A DNA stretch of 64,000 nt. It comes from an uncultured Bacteroidales bacterium. Its GTDB lineage: Bacteria > Bacteroidota > Bacteroidia > Bacteroidales > Bacteroidaceae. A model generated the notes under the pieces. It worked only from the letters and a program-made list of their open reading frames with translations. It had not been told where the DNA came from and made no database searches. The translations under genes and the position numbers were made by a program. Below are positions 9,894 to 18,900 of this stretch, piece after piece. The stretch covers positions 7,480-71,479 of the forward strand of contig CADAZW010000002.1 in NCBI GenBank assembly GCA_902792555.1, given 5' to 3'. The stretch's first letter is position 1. Each line of letters starts with the position of its first letter.

Positions 9894-10103
9894 ATGAAAA
9901 AGGATATAACCTACACTCAGGCTGTCAGTCGCCTCAATGAGATAATGCAGCAGATGGAGAGCGGCACACTTGATGTTGATGCTCTTACCGACACACTTAA
10001 GGAGGCGCGTGAGCTTCTTGCCTTCTGTAAGGAAAAGCTGCATACCGTTGATCAGAGCATTAAGGAGATAACGGATTCTGCTTCGCCACAGAGTGCTGAA
10101 TAA
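9894..10103 (+). CDS. xseB: exodeoxyribonuclease VII small subunit
   Basis: 69-aa helical protein (YTQAVSRLNEIMQQMESG...LDVDAL) immediately downstream of xseA. Confidence 0.9.
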   Translation: MKKDITYTQAVSRLNEIMQQMESGTLDVDALTDTLKEARELLAFCKEKLHTVDQSIKEITDSASPQSAE

Positions 10104-10189
10104 TAATTCTTACCCTAAAATTTGGCATTGTTAAACGAAATACGTAATTTTGCACCCCGAAAGACGGAGGAACTTCCGCTTTCACCATT

Positions 10190-10262
10190 CGGAAAGTAGC
10201 GCAGTTGGTAGCGCACTACGTTCGGGACGTAGGGGTCGGGCGTTCGAGTCGCCTCTTTCCGA
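10190..10262 (+). tRNA. tRNA-Pro (anticodon CGG)
   Basis: Manual cloverleaf: acceptor CGGAAAG/CTTTCCG, D-arm TAGCGCAGTTGGTAGCGCA, anticodon stem CTACG/CGTAG with loop TTCGGGA, T-arm GGGCGTTCGAGTCGCC, discriminator A. Confidence 0.9.
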
Positions 10263-10264
10263 CA

Positions 10265-10293
10265 ATAAAGCAGCAATTGCTGCTTTATTCTTG
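10265..10293 (+). terminator. rho-independent terminator after tRNA-Pro
   Basis: 24-nt perfect palindrome ATAAAGCAGCAATTGCTGCTTTAT followed by a T-rich tail. Confidence 0.7.
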
Positions 10294-10341
10294 TTATGAA
10301 GACTGCCCAGTCTACGTTGTTATTTTTTCTATAGCAGAGCA

Positions 10342-11058
10342 ATGAAGATTCTTATTGTAGGGGCAACCTCGGGGATAGGCCGAGCCTTGTTTGAACTTTA
10401 TGCGTCGCAGGGGCATGAGGTTGCTGTTGTAGGTCGCAGGCAAGAGATGCTGGACGAAATGTGTCGGCAGCATTCGCAAGGTAGGGTATGTGCTTATCGT
10501 GCAGATGTAACTGACGTTGAGTCAACGCCAGTATGGCTGGACGGGGTATGGAAGGACATGGCTGGAGTGGATGTCGTCATTGTCAGTGCTGGAGTGGGCG
10601 AACTTAACCCGCAGTTGGAGTATGCAAAAGAAGTTGCTACGCTCAATACTAACGTCGTTGGTTGGACTTGCCTCGTTGATGAGGTCTTCAACAGATTTCT
10701 TGCCCAAGGCAGAGGCCATCTTGCCGTAATCAGTTCCGTGGGAGGTCAGCGCGGCGAGCCCAGTGCGCCAGCCTACACGGCCACCAAGGCTTTCCAGATT
10801 AATTATGCTGAGGCACTCCGCAAGAAAGCTCGCAAGAGTGGTCTCCCTATCTATGTGACGGATATCCGTCCCGGATTTGTTGACACCAAGATGGCGCAGG
10901 GTGAAGGCTTGTTTTGGGTGATGCCCGCCGAGAAGGTCGCTCTGCAGATAGCCAGGGCTATCAGGCGTCGTCGCTCGGTGGCCGTAGTAACAAAAAGGTG
11001 GCGCCCCATTCATTTCCTCTGGCGTCACCTCCCTCGGTTTGTCTATGACAGGCTATAG
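10342..11058 (+). CDS. SDR-family short-chain dehydrogenase/reductase
   Basis: Rossmann motif VGATSGIGRA and catalytic YxxxK (YTATKAF). Confidence 0.9.
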   Translation: MKILIVGATSGIGRALFELYASQGHEVAVVGRRQEMLDEMCRQHSQGRVCAYRADVTDVESTPVWLDGVWKDMAGVDVVIVSAGVGELNPQLEYAKEVATLNTNVVGWTCLVDEVFNRFLAQGRGHLAVISSVGGQRGEPSAPAYTATKAFQINYAEALRKKARKSGLPIYVTDIRPGFVDTKMAQGEGLFWVMPAEKVALQIARAIRRRRSVAVVTKRWRPIHFLWRHLPRFVYDRL

Positions 11059-11073
11059 CTATAAAGTATAGCT

Positions 11074-12402
11074 TTAACTTTTTGTCTTATCTTTCTGATA
11101 AGGATATTTCAATATTATTGCTATTGTTGCGGCCAGACCCAGCAGCAGGGGATAGAAGAGCCATGGTATGATGGCCGTGGCGGGAATGGCGGCGAGGGCG
11201 CTGGCAATGAGGAGCTGGGCGCCGTAAGGCAGAAATCCCTGGATGAAGCAGGAGAATGTGTCGAGTATGGAGGCAGCCTTGCGCGGGTCAACGCCAAAGC
11301 GTTTGGATATGTCGCGGGCTATGGCTCCCACTGACAGAATGGCTACCGTGTTGTTGGCTGTACAGCAGTTGACGAGGCTCACCAGCATGGCTATGCTTGC
11401 CTCAGCACCGCGGCGACCATTGACATGGGCGGTGAGCCGATGGATTATCCAGTCGATACCGCCGCCGTGGCGTATGACTGCCAGCAGGCCGCCGGCCAGC
11501 AGTGCCACGAGGATGGTCTCGGTCATGCCGCCGATACCTTCAGACATGGTGCTGAACCACCCGTCGAGTCCGTAGCTGCCGTCGCAGAGGCCGATGATGC
11601 CTGTCAGCGCAATGCCCATGGTGAGCACGGCCAGTACGTTTATGCCGGCTATGGCGGTGATGAGCACTGCGAGGTAGGGCAGCACCTTGAGCAGGTCTAC
11701 ATGGCCGGCGTCAATGGGGCTGACGGCGCTGCCCCTGCCTATGCATATATATATTATAAAGGTGACGATGGCGGCGGGCAGGGCAATGATGAAGTTGGTG
11801 CGAAACTTGTCGCTCATGCGGCAGCCTTGCGTCTTGGTGGCCACTACGGTGGTGTCGCTGATAAAGGAGAGGTTGTCGCCGAAGAAGGCTCCGCCCACTG
11901 TGGCGGCCGCCATCATGGGCATGTCGAGTCCCGTCTTGGCAGTCAGGCCACTGACTATTGGTATGAGGGCGGCAATGGTGCCCACTGAGGTGCCGATGCT
12001 TAGGGATACCAGGCAGGCGGCGGCAAAGATGCCGGGCAGCAGCATGCTTTCGGGCAGCACGCTGAGGGTGAGGTTGACGGTGGCGTCAACGGCTCCCATG
12101 GCCTTGGCAGAGGCGGCGAAGGCTCCGGCCAGGATGAATATCCACACCATGAGCATTAGGTCGCTGTCGCCTGCCCCTTTGGAGAAGACGGATATGCGTT
12201 CGCTTAGCCTCAGTCCGCGCATGGTCAGCAGGGCATAGACCGAGGTGATGATAAATATGACCGCTGGCGGCACCTTGTAGAAGTCATGGAAATACAGGCT
12301 GAGGCCCACCATCAGGATGATGAGCACCAGCATGGGACTGAGGGCAAGGAGACCGCGTCGGGACATTTTTATCGGGAATCGAGTATTGGAAATATCTTTC
12401 AT
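11074..12402 (-). CDS. nhaC: Na+/H+ antiporter, NhaC family
   Basis: About 440-aa polytopic membrane protein with NhaC-like C-terminal half. Start moved to MKDISNTRF (12402) because the ORF-track extension to 12504 is translated repeat DNA. Confidence 0.8.
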   Translation of the reverse strand: MKDISNTRFPIKMSRRGLLALSPMLVLIILMVGLSLYFHDFYKVPPAVIFIITSVYALLTMRGLRLSERISVFSKGAGDSDLMLMVWIFILAGAFAASAKAMGAVDATVNLTLSVLPESMLLPGIFAAACLVSLSIGTSVGTIAALIPIVSGLTAKTGLDMPMMAAATVGGAFFGDNLSFISDTTVVATKTQGCRMSDKFRTNFIIALPAAIVTFIIYICIGRGSAVSPIDAGHVDLLKVLPYLAVLITAIAGINVLAVLTMGIALTGIIGLCDGSYGLDGWFSTMSEGIGGMTETILVALLAGGLLAVIRHGGGIDWIIHRLTAHVNGRRGAEASIAMLVSLVNCCTANNTVAILSVGAIARDISKRFGVDPRKAASILDTFSCFIQGFLPYGAQLLIASALAAIPATAIIPWLFYPLLLGLAATIAIILKYPYQKDKTKS

Positions 12403-12441
12403 CACCTCTGGCCGAGGGGGATGGGTAGGGTGTTGAGCATT

Positions 12442-12521
12442 AAATTTGAGATTTGAAATTTGAAATTCAGGCATGTCCGCAACCGGACTGAGCTCAAATC
12501 TCAAATTCCAAATCTCAAATT
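12442..12521. repeat. 80-nt imperfect hairpin built from GATTTGAAATTTGAG stutter arms
   Basis: The left arm AAATTTGAGATTTGAAATTTGAAATTCAG pairs with the right arm CTCAAATCTCAAATTCCAAATCTCAAATT. The loop contains the mini-hairpin GTCCGCAACCGGAC. Confidence 0.85.
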
Positions 12522-12551
12522 ACTGGATTCAGTGTATCAGCAAGGTGTGTG

Positions 12552-13862
12552 CTAGCCAATGAAATTGTTCATCACATAGCGGATGATGAACAGGATGGCG
12601 AGTACCCACAGCATGGGTGAAATCTTGCTGAACTTGGCTGTGCATGCGTTGATTACCACATAAGAGATCATACCGATCATGATACCGTCGCTGATGCTGT
12701 AGGTCAGCGGCATGAGCATCATGGTGAGGAATGCGGGTATGGCCTCGGAGTAGTTGCCCCACTCAATATTCTTGATGGAGGAAGCCATCATCACGCCAAC
12801 AATCACCAGCACAGGACCGGTAGCCGATGAGGGGATGGCCAGGAAGAGCGGTGCGAAGAACAGCGACAGCGCGAAGCATAAGGTAATGACGAAGGCTGTC
12901 AGACCGGTGCGTCCGCCTTCAGCTACGCCAGCTGCACTCTCAATGTAGGTGGTGGTTGTGCTGGTGCCGAGGCATGCGCCTGCGGTGGTGGCTACGGCAT
13001 CGGCCATGAAGATCTTCTCAATGCGGTCAACATTGCCCTTCTCGTCAACCATGCCGGCCTTGACGGACACGCCTACCACGGTGCCGATGGTGTCGAACAT
13101 GTCGATGAAGAGGAATGTGAAGATGATGATAATCATGTCGGGCGTAAAGATCCTATCCCATTCAAACTGGCAGAAGATGGGCTCGATTGACGGGGGCATG
13201 TCGATGATGCCGTTAAACTGGGTGATGCCCATGGGGATGCCGATGATGGTGGTGGCCAGGATGCCGATGAGCATGCCGCCTTTCACGTTGAGCACTACCA
13301 GTATGCTGGTCAGCGCCAGGCAGATGAGCGACAGGATGACGGCAGTGTCGGCAAAGTTGCCGAGGGTTACGGATGTAGCCTCGCTGCTTACTACGATGCC
13401 GGCGCTCTTAAGGCCGATGAAGGCGATGTAGAGTCCGATACCGGCGCCGATGGCGTTCTTAAGCGTGGAGGGTATGGCCTTCACGATGGCTGTGCGCACC
13501 TTGGTCAGCGTCAGGATGATAAACAGTATACCTTCAAGCAGGATGGCTGTCAGGGCAAACTGCCAGCTGTAGCCCATGCCGAGGCATACGGTGAAGACGA
13601 AGAAGGCATTGAGGCCCATGCCCGGCGCGAGGCCGAAGGGCTTCTTGGCATAGACGGCCATAACCAGTGTGCCAATGATGGCTGCCAGGGCTGTGGTGGT
13701 AAAGACGGCCTTGGTGTCCATGCCCTGATCAGCAAGGGCACTGAAGATGCCGGGGTTCACTGCAAGGATGTAGGCCATGGTGAGGAAGGTGGTTATACCT
13801 GCCATAACCTCTATTCTTTTAGAGTGCTTGCCGGGAACGAATCCAAATAATCTGTAAAGCAT
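12552..13862 (-). CDS. NCS2-family purine (adenine/guanine/hypoxanthine) permease, AzgA/PbuG type
   Basis: N-terminus EVMAGITTFLTMAYILAVNP, a polytopic membrane protein of the expected 436-aa length for the AzgA subfamily. Confidence 0.9.
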   Translation of the reverse strand: MLYRLFGFVPGKHSKRIEVMAGITTFLTMAYILAVNPGIFSALADQGMDTKAVFTTTALAAIIGTLVMAVYAKKPFGLAPGMGLNAFFVFTVCLGMGYSWQFALTAILLEGILFIILTLTKVRTAIVKAIPSTLKNAIGAGIGLYIAFIGLKSAGIVVSSEATSVTLGNFADTAVILSLICLALTSILVVLNVKGGMLIGILATTIIGIPMGITQFNGIIDMPPSIEPIFCQFEWDRIFTPDMIIIIFTFLFIDMFDTIGTVVGVSVKAGMVDEKGNVDRIEKIFMADAVATTAGACLGTSTTTTYIESAAGVAEGGRTGLTAFVITLCFALSLFFAPLFLAIPSSATGPVLVIVGVMMASSIKNIEWGNYSEAIPAFLTMMLMPLTYSISDGIMIGMISYVVINACTAKFSKISPMLWVLAILFIIRYVMNNFIG

Positions 13863-13880
13863 GGTCGTAATTCTTTAATT

Positions 13881-14118
13881 ATTTGAAATTTGAGATTTGA
13901 AATTTGAAATTTAGCCAAGTCCGGTGGTGGACACTGAATGCCGAAGGCATCGCGAGAAATTGCTTTTGAGCAATGCTCTCTTTGAGCGAAGGCTCTGTCG
14001 GTGGTCGGCGAAGCCGGGCTGACAAATAAGAGCCTGATAGCGAAGCGGCACAGTAATTACCATAATTTTTTTTAGAAATTTATGCCCAACGGCCTGCTAA
14101 ATTTCAAATTTCAAATGC
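13881..14118 (-). repeat. E1: about 238-bp MITE-like composite element with 21-bp perfect terminal inverted repeats
   Basis: ATTTGAAATTTGAAATTTAGC at 13895-13915 and its exact reverse complement at 14096-14116. Subterminal motifs TTTAGCCAAGTCCGG and ATGCCCAACGGCCTGCTAAAT. Confidence 0.85.
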
Positions 14119-14165
14119 TTAATGTTTAACGTTTATTGGTTGTTGGTTAACGCAATCTCGTCAAC

Positions 14166-14924
14166 TTAGAAGCTCCACTTCAAGGCGATGGTCGGGTTGA
14201 CGAAGAAGGTCTTGCCGTCGTAGTTGTTGACAACGAAGTTGTTGGAGAATTCCCACTCGGTGCCGAGGCTGAGGTTGAGGCCGTCGCAGAGGGTGTTGAA
14301 GTTATACCACAGCTGAGGCTCGGTCAGGAATACCAGCTGGCCGTGGCCGTTGGCCTTCTGTCCGCGCCAGAGGTCGGCGAAGCCGCTGAAGGTGAGGGCC
14401 TTCTTGCAGAAGGTAGTGCTCCATACGCCGGTGAGCTGGAAGCTGGAGTAGGCCTTGTTGTCATAAGCATCCTTGAAGAATTGCTTATACAGGACCTGTG
14501 CAGACCATGTGGTGCTGAAGTCGGCATTGTGGCCATTGATGGCGGGACCGATGAGGGCAGCCTGCTGATAGATGGAGCCCCAGGTGGTGCGGCGACCTAC
14601 GCAGAATCCGCCGTTATACTCGACGTGGGCAGCCAGGCTGACATTCTCGCTAGGCTTGGCGAAGGTAAACTCGCGGCTGATCTCGGTGTAGGCACCCTGC
14701 ATACCGCGGCTGTAGAAGTCGAGGTCGACAAAGTAGAACCATGAACCCCACTTGTCAGCCTTAAATGTCTCGTAGGTCAGTGTCATGCGGGGACGGCTGC
14801 CGTTGTCGGCATTGAGAGCCTTGTTCATGTCGCGACCGAAGTCGTAGTGCAACTGCACATTCTGTGCCTGTACAGTAACCATGGTAGCCAGCATAGCGGC
14901 TGCAATAAAGAAAAATTTCTTCAT
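14166..14924 (-). CDS. outer-membrane beta-barrel protein, DUF5020/Tsx-like (putative nucleoside or nucleobase channel)
   Basis: Signal peptide MKKFFFIAAAMLATMVTVQAQ, then NVQLHYDFG... with beta-strand periodicity and a terminal ...LKWSF. Lies adjacent to the purine permease. Family call is from memory. Confidence 0.6.
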   Translation of the reverse strand: MKKFFFIAAAMLATMVTVQAQNVQLHYDFGRDMNKALNADNGSRPRMTLTYETFKADKWGSWFYFVDLDFYSRGMQGAYTEISREFTFAKPSENVSLAAHVEYNGGFCVGRRTTWGSIYQQAALIGPAINGHNADFSTTWSAQVLYKQFFKDAYDNKAYSSFQLTGVWSTTFCKKALTFSGFADLWRGQKANGHGQLVFLTEPQLWYNFNTLCDGLNLSLGTEWEFSNNFVVNNYDGKTFFVNPTIALKWSF

Positions 14925-15153
14925 AACTAAAAAGTTTAAAGTTAAAAGGTTTAAGTGTTTGATGTGAGTGTCTGATGTGGGGGTGCAATGCTTTGCATTG
15001 TCGTTTTCGTAACCCAAGGCTTTGTCTGTTGTCTTTTTTCTGCCTACAAAGTTAAAAATGTTTATTAAATCCCAAAAAATATTGCACTTTTTTTTGTATT
15101 TTCACTAGGTTTTGATGCTGAAAATAGTAAAAAGAGGTGCAATTCTGGGGTTA

Positions 15154-17925
15154 TTACATTACAATTTTCCTGCTTGTTCCGTTGCTCAGCCTGACTATGT
15201 GGATGCCCTTGCGACTTGAGGCTTGAGATGTGAGGCTTGAGATTTTGCGGCCCTGCAGGTCGTAGATGCATTGACCGTTGCCGCTTCGCTCTCGCGGCTC
15301 TATGAAGTCGGCACCGGCTTCGCCGACAGCCGACGAGCCGCTCGCGATGCCTTCGGCATTGACCATTGCCCATTGACCGTTATTCTCTATTATCTTCTTG
15401 CTGCTCTCTATGCCTGTGGGGTCGTCGTCAGGGTCGGGCATCATGTCCTTGTATAGATGGTATATCTGCTGCACTTGGTCGGGATAGTTGGTGGTGATCA
15501 GGTCCACGCCCATGTTGCAGAAGCGCACCATGGTGGCCCTGTCGTCGATGGTGAAGGCGTCAATCAGCAGGCCCAGTTCCTCGGCCTCGCTGACCCAGGT
15601 GGGATTGCTGAGGAAGGAGGTATAGTTGAAGTCAAGGGCCTGCAGGTCGTTCTTCCTTATGTCGGCTGGGGTCATGGAGGTGAGCGACTGGGTGAAGGCG
15701 GTGGGGTCGGCGGCGCGCACGTATCTCAGTGCGCTCACTCCGAAGGAGATATACTGCACCCTGTCTTGCATGCCGGCTTCCCTTACGGCCTGCACCACTG
15801 AGTTGGCCAGGCGCAGGGTGTCGGTGTTGGCGTTGACCTTGAGCTCAATCACCAGCTTGGTGGGTGAGTCGGGGTATTCGTTCTTCATGATGCTGAAGAA
15901 GTCGCTGAGCAGTGGCAGCTTCTCGCCGTTGCTGAGCGTCTTGTCCTTCACCTGGGCGTAGGTGCTCTGGTTGATTACCGTGCCGCCGAAGGAGAAATCG
16001 TGGTTGACGAATATGTAGCCGTCGGTCGTTTGGTGCACGTCAATCTCGCAGCCATAGAATCCTGCCTCGAAGGCGTTGCGGATGGCGGCGCGTGAGTTCT
16101 GGCTGGTGCCGTTGCCCTTGGTGTACCATCCGCGGTGGGCTACGGCTTGTGCCGGCTTGGGCATCTTGTCGGTCTTTGTCAGGGTGGCGGTGCCCAGGGT
16201 CTGGGTGACGGCTCCGCGCGTGAGGCGGATGGTGTAGGTGCTGGTGGCCATGTTCTGCGGTATGGCTATGCGCCCGCCGCGTTCGGTCAGGCTTAGGGTG
16301 TCGCCGGCTGCCGGTGTGTCGCCGCTGTAGAGGCTCAGCCTGTCGCCGCGGCTGAGCTCGGTGCTGTGTACGGGGAAGTGGCATCCCTCGGCAAAGAGGA
16401 ATCCGTCGGGCAGCAGGCAGTCGTGCAGCAGCACCAGTCCGTCGTGGGCCTGCCGCAGCTGCTTCTCGAGTTCCAGCAGACGGGTGCCGCTCACTGCCTC
16501 GTCATCCACGGCGCTCTCGCACTCTGCCAGCAGGGCGAGGTAGCTGCTTGCCTCATCCGTCAGTTCGGCGTCCTGGGCAATGCTGATGGTGGCCTTGGCC
16601 TTGTCGATGGCCTCGCGCAGCGCCTTGCGCTCGGTGCGGTTGATGAGGTCGCTGTAGATGAGGCCCACCTGCTCGGTGGTGAGCACCTGGTCGTAGATCT
16701 TGCAGCTCACTATGTCCCACGAGCCGCTGGCGTTGGCTGCGTTGGCTGCCGAGGGGTCGCCACCGATGCCAAACCAGTGGTAGATGTCGTTGCTGCTGAG
16801 GTTGAGGTTGCCCTGTGCCGCCACCTCGTTTTTCAGCTCGCCGTTGACGTAGATGCGCGCCTTGCCGGCGGCCTTGTCCCATACGCCCACCACGTGGTAG
16901 TATTCGCCTGCCTCGGGCTTCACGCCGCTGGTGGCCCACTTGTAGCCGCCCACGTAGGGCAGGAAGGTAATCTCGTTCTTGCCCTCCTTGGCGTTGGCCT
17001 TCTTGCAGATGAGGAAGCCCGTGCCGCCCTGCTGGTGGGATGAGAACCACTTGGCCTCCTTGTCCTCCACCGGTATGCGGGAGCAGAACAGCGTCTCCAG
17101 CGTGTGGCCGTCCTGCAGGGCCTTGAGCATGCGGCCGTCGGTGCGGCTGGCAGCGTAGTCCACCTTGTAGAATGCTGAGGTGCTGCCGCCGTAGGCATTG
17201 CTGAACTGGGCAACATAGCGGCCGAAGCGGTCGTTGTAGGAGGTGCTGACGGTGCCGTTCCTCACCACGGCGTTGCCCATCGGCGATACATCGGCAGCCG
17301 TGCCGCCGGAGCCGAACTGCACATCCAGCACGTCGGCCACGGGCAGCAGGCTCTCTTCCGCCTCAAAGACATTCCACATATTGATGTGGGTGCCGCTGCC
17401 GTACCATAGGTTGCCCTCGGCGGGCTTGCCGGCGTCGTTGCGCCAGGCGTAGGAGGCTGAGGTGTCGTAGATGGCCCAGGAGAGGTCGTCCCATCCGCGC
17501 GGGAATTTCTTCTGGTCGTTATAGTCTGTCCACGGGGTGGGGGAGGAGTCCTTGGTGAGGAAGGTGAACAGGGCAGCGTCCTCTCTGTCGGCCACCGTCT
17601 TGGCTGTGCCCGTAGCCTTGGGGCACGGGGCAATATAGCGGTTGGTCACTGCGTTGCGCAGGCGGTAGTGGGTGGCGTCGGCTTGCTCCATCATCCATAC
17701 TGACTGCTGGGTGAAGCCCAGCTGCCAGTGGGCCTCGCCGGCGTCGGTCTCCCTGACATAGTATCCGTAGTTGGCAACGGTGGAGGCGGCCTCAATCACC
17801 ACGGCCCTGCCGTCGGCGGCATTCGCGGGGGCGAGGCGGCTGCCCACCACATAGGCTGCACTGGCGGCAGCGGCCCAGCCTGCAAGGCATAAAAGGGTAA
17901 GAAAAATGCGTGCTATCTTTTGCAT
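15154..17925 (-). CDS. large secreted protein: LamG/concanavalin-like region, glycerophosphodiester phosphodiesterase (GDPD) domain and T9SS type-A C-terminal sorting domain
   Basis: Signal peptide MQKIARIFLTLLCLAGWAAAASA. GDPD motif AHRGW...ENSRAAI...GCEIDVHQTTDGYIFVNHD. C-terminus ...IYDLQGRK...KGIHIVRLSNGTSRKIVM. Start set at 17925. Confidence 0.85.
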   Translation of the reverse strand: MQKIARIFLTLLCLAGWAAAASAAYVVGSRLAPANAADGRAVVIEAASTVANYGYYVRETDAGEAHWQLGFTQQSVWMMEQADATHYRLRNAVTNRYIAPCPKATGTAKTVADREDAALFTFLTKDSSPTPWTDYNDQKKFPRGWDDLSWAIYDTSASYAWRNDAGKPAEGNLWYGSGTHINMWNVFEAEESLLPVADVLDVQFGSGGTAADVSPMGNAVVRNGTVSTSYNDRFGRYVAQFSNAYGGSTSAFYKVDYAASRTDGRMLKALQDGHTLETLFCSRIPVEDKEAKWFSSHQQGGTGFLICKKANAKEGKNEITFLPYVGGYKWATSGVKPEAGEYYHVVGVWDKAAGKARIYVNGELKNEVAAQGNLNLSSNDIYHWFGIGGDPSAANAANASGSWDIVSCKIYDQVLTTEQVGLIYSDLINRTERKALREAIDKAKATISIAQDAELTDEASSYLALLAECESAVDDEAVSGTRLLELEKQLRQAHDGLVLLHDCLLPDGFLFAEGCHFPVHSTELSRGDRLSLYSGDTPAAGDTLSLTERGGRIAIPQNMATSTYTIRLTRGAVTQTLGTATLTKTDKMPKPAQAVAHRGWYTKGNGTSQNSRAAIRNAFEAGFYGCEIDVHQTTDGYIFVNHDFSFGGTVINQSTYAQVKDKTLSNGEKLPLLSDFFSIMKNEYPDSPTKLVIELKVNANTDTLRLANSVVQAVREAGMQDRVQYISFGVSALRYVRAADPTAFTQSLTSMTPADIRKNDLQALDFNYTSFLSNPTWVSEAEELGLLIDAFTIDDRATMVRFCNMGVDLITTNYPDQVQQIYHLYKDMMPDPDDDPTGIESSKKIIENNGQWAMVNAEGIASGSSAVGEAGADFIEPRERSGNGQCIYDLQGRKISSLTSQASSRKGIHIVRLSNGTSRKIVM

Positions 17926-18615
17926 GGTTTTGATGTTTGTTTCTGCATACAAAGTTACGAAAAACCGAGGGCATAACAAAGAAGAATTCTCTCTTTTTAA
18001 GCCGTGACAGAGCAACTTTTTTTTGCTGCGTCAAGGTTGCGGAACACTGTGGGCATGGCAGAGGGATTTCCCAGAAAAACCTATTAGTTTATTATTATTA
18101 TTACTTTCTTTACTTTTCTTTTGTGTTACTTTTCTTTTTTTTCTTTCCCCCCGCGCCGTGACCGTATGAATCATACGGTCATAGACCTGACGGTGAACGA
18201 ATCGTTCACCCTCTTCATCTGCATGGCCGGGCGTTCCGCCAAGGGTGTCACGTTTTGTTACCCCCTTGTCTTCTATCGAATCATACGGTCGCTGACCGGT
18301 GTCGCGAATCACGACGGTGGTTTTGTCCTCGGCATTCTCTGCGCAGGCTCCATCAACCCCAGACTTTTCACCCCGCCGGAGAGCACCACCAACTTCATCC
18401 AGTCGCTCATCAACCCCAAGGGCGAACAAGGCGACGATGCAGAATAAAAACGTTACAAACGTTACAAACGTTACACCTAAAAATGTAACGTTATCCTCCA
18501 ATCTTTAACCTAACCCCCTTGAATTTTAAACTGAGCCCGTCGAAGTTTATTTTAACTCCGAGGAAAAAATTTTTAACTCCGTGGAAACATAATCTAAGAG
18601 CCTCGAGCTGTCATT

Positions 18616-18722
18616 TTCAAGGCTCTTAGATTTTTTTTCAAGACTCTTAGATTTCGGCTCGGCGCGATTAGATTTTGCTTCGACGGGCTCAGCATAAAGC
18701 TTCGACGCGATTAGATTTGGGT
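18616..18722 (+). repeat. R1 array, locus 2: five units of 20-22 nt
   Basis: TTCAAGGCTCTTAGATTT.., TTCAAGACTCTTAGATTTCGG, CTCGGCGCGATTAGATTTTGC, TTCGACGGGCTCAGCATAAAGC, TTCGACGCGATTAGATTTGGG. Confidence 0.9.
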
Positions 18723-18861
18723 GCCGCATTACCGAATTCAGTGTTTATTGTCTATATTTCATTTTGACGCTGCAAAGATGGTGATTGCTTTCTAACAGTT
18801 ATCATATCTGCGAATTATTTCGTGTTTTCATGCGAATTTTTTCTTGAGAAGCAGGGAAGCG

Positions 18862-18900
18862 GGACAAAATAAATCGGCGGGCATTGCTGCTCGCCGATTT
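18862..18900 (-). terminator. rho-independent terminator of the islet operon
   Basis: The minus strand reads AATCGGCGAGCAGCAATGCCCGCCGATT followed by TATTTTG. It starts 23 nt after the stop codon of 18923..19435. Confidence 0.7.

Noticed and set aside
10190-10262. tRNA-Pro as an integration hotspot
   Set aside because: It is followed by its own terminator and an ordinary SDR gene. There is no integrase, direct repeat of the tRNA 3' end, or compositional shift nearby.
11074-12504. ORF-track N-terminal extensions (11074..12504, 6593.., ..18015, ..48051, 41755.., 60463.., ..55477, ..5106)
   Set aside because: The extensions run through repeats or lack signal peptides that appear at internal Met codons. 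Starts were moved to the internal ATG that yields a canonical N-terminus.
13881-14118. Purine riboswitch upstream of the NCS2 permease
   Set aside because: The minus-strand leader does not contain the conserved purine-riboswitch junction and loop sequences as I remember them. An Rfam scan would settle it.
18031-18501. 156-aa ORF (minus strand) and overlapping 108-aa ORF (plus strand) in the 18-kb non-coding stretch
   Set aside because: No start context, signal or motif that I recognise. Both are riddled with palindromes and stutters. The region is kept as a finding, not called as a gene.
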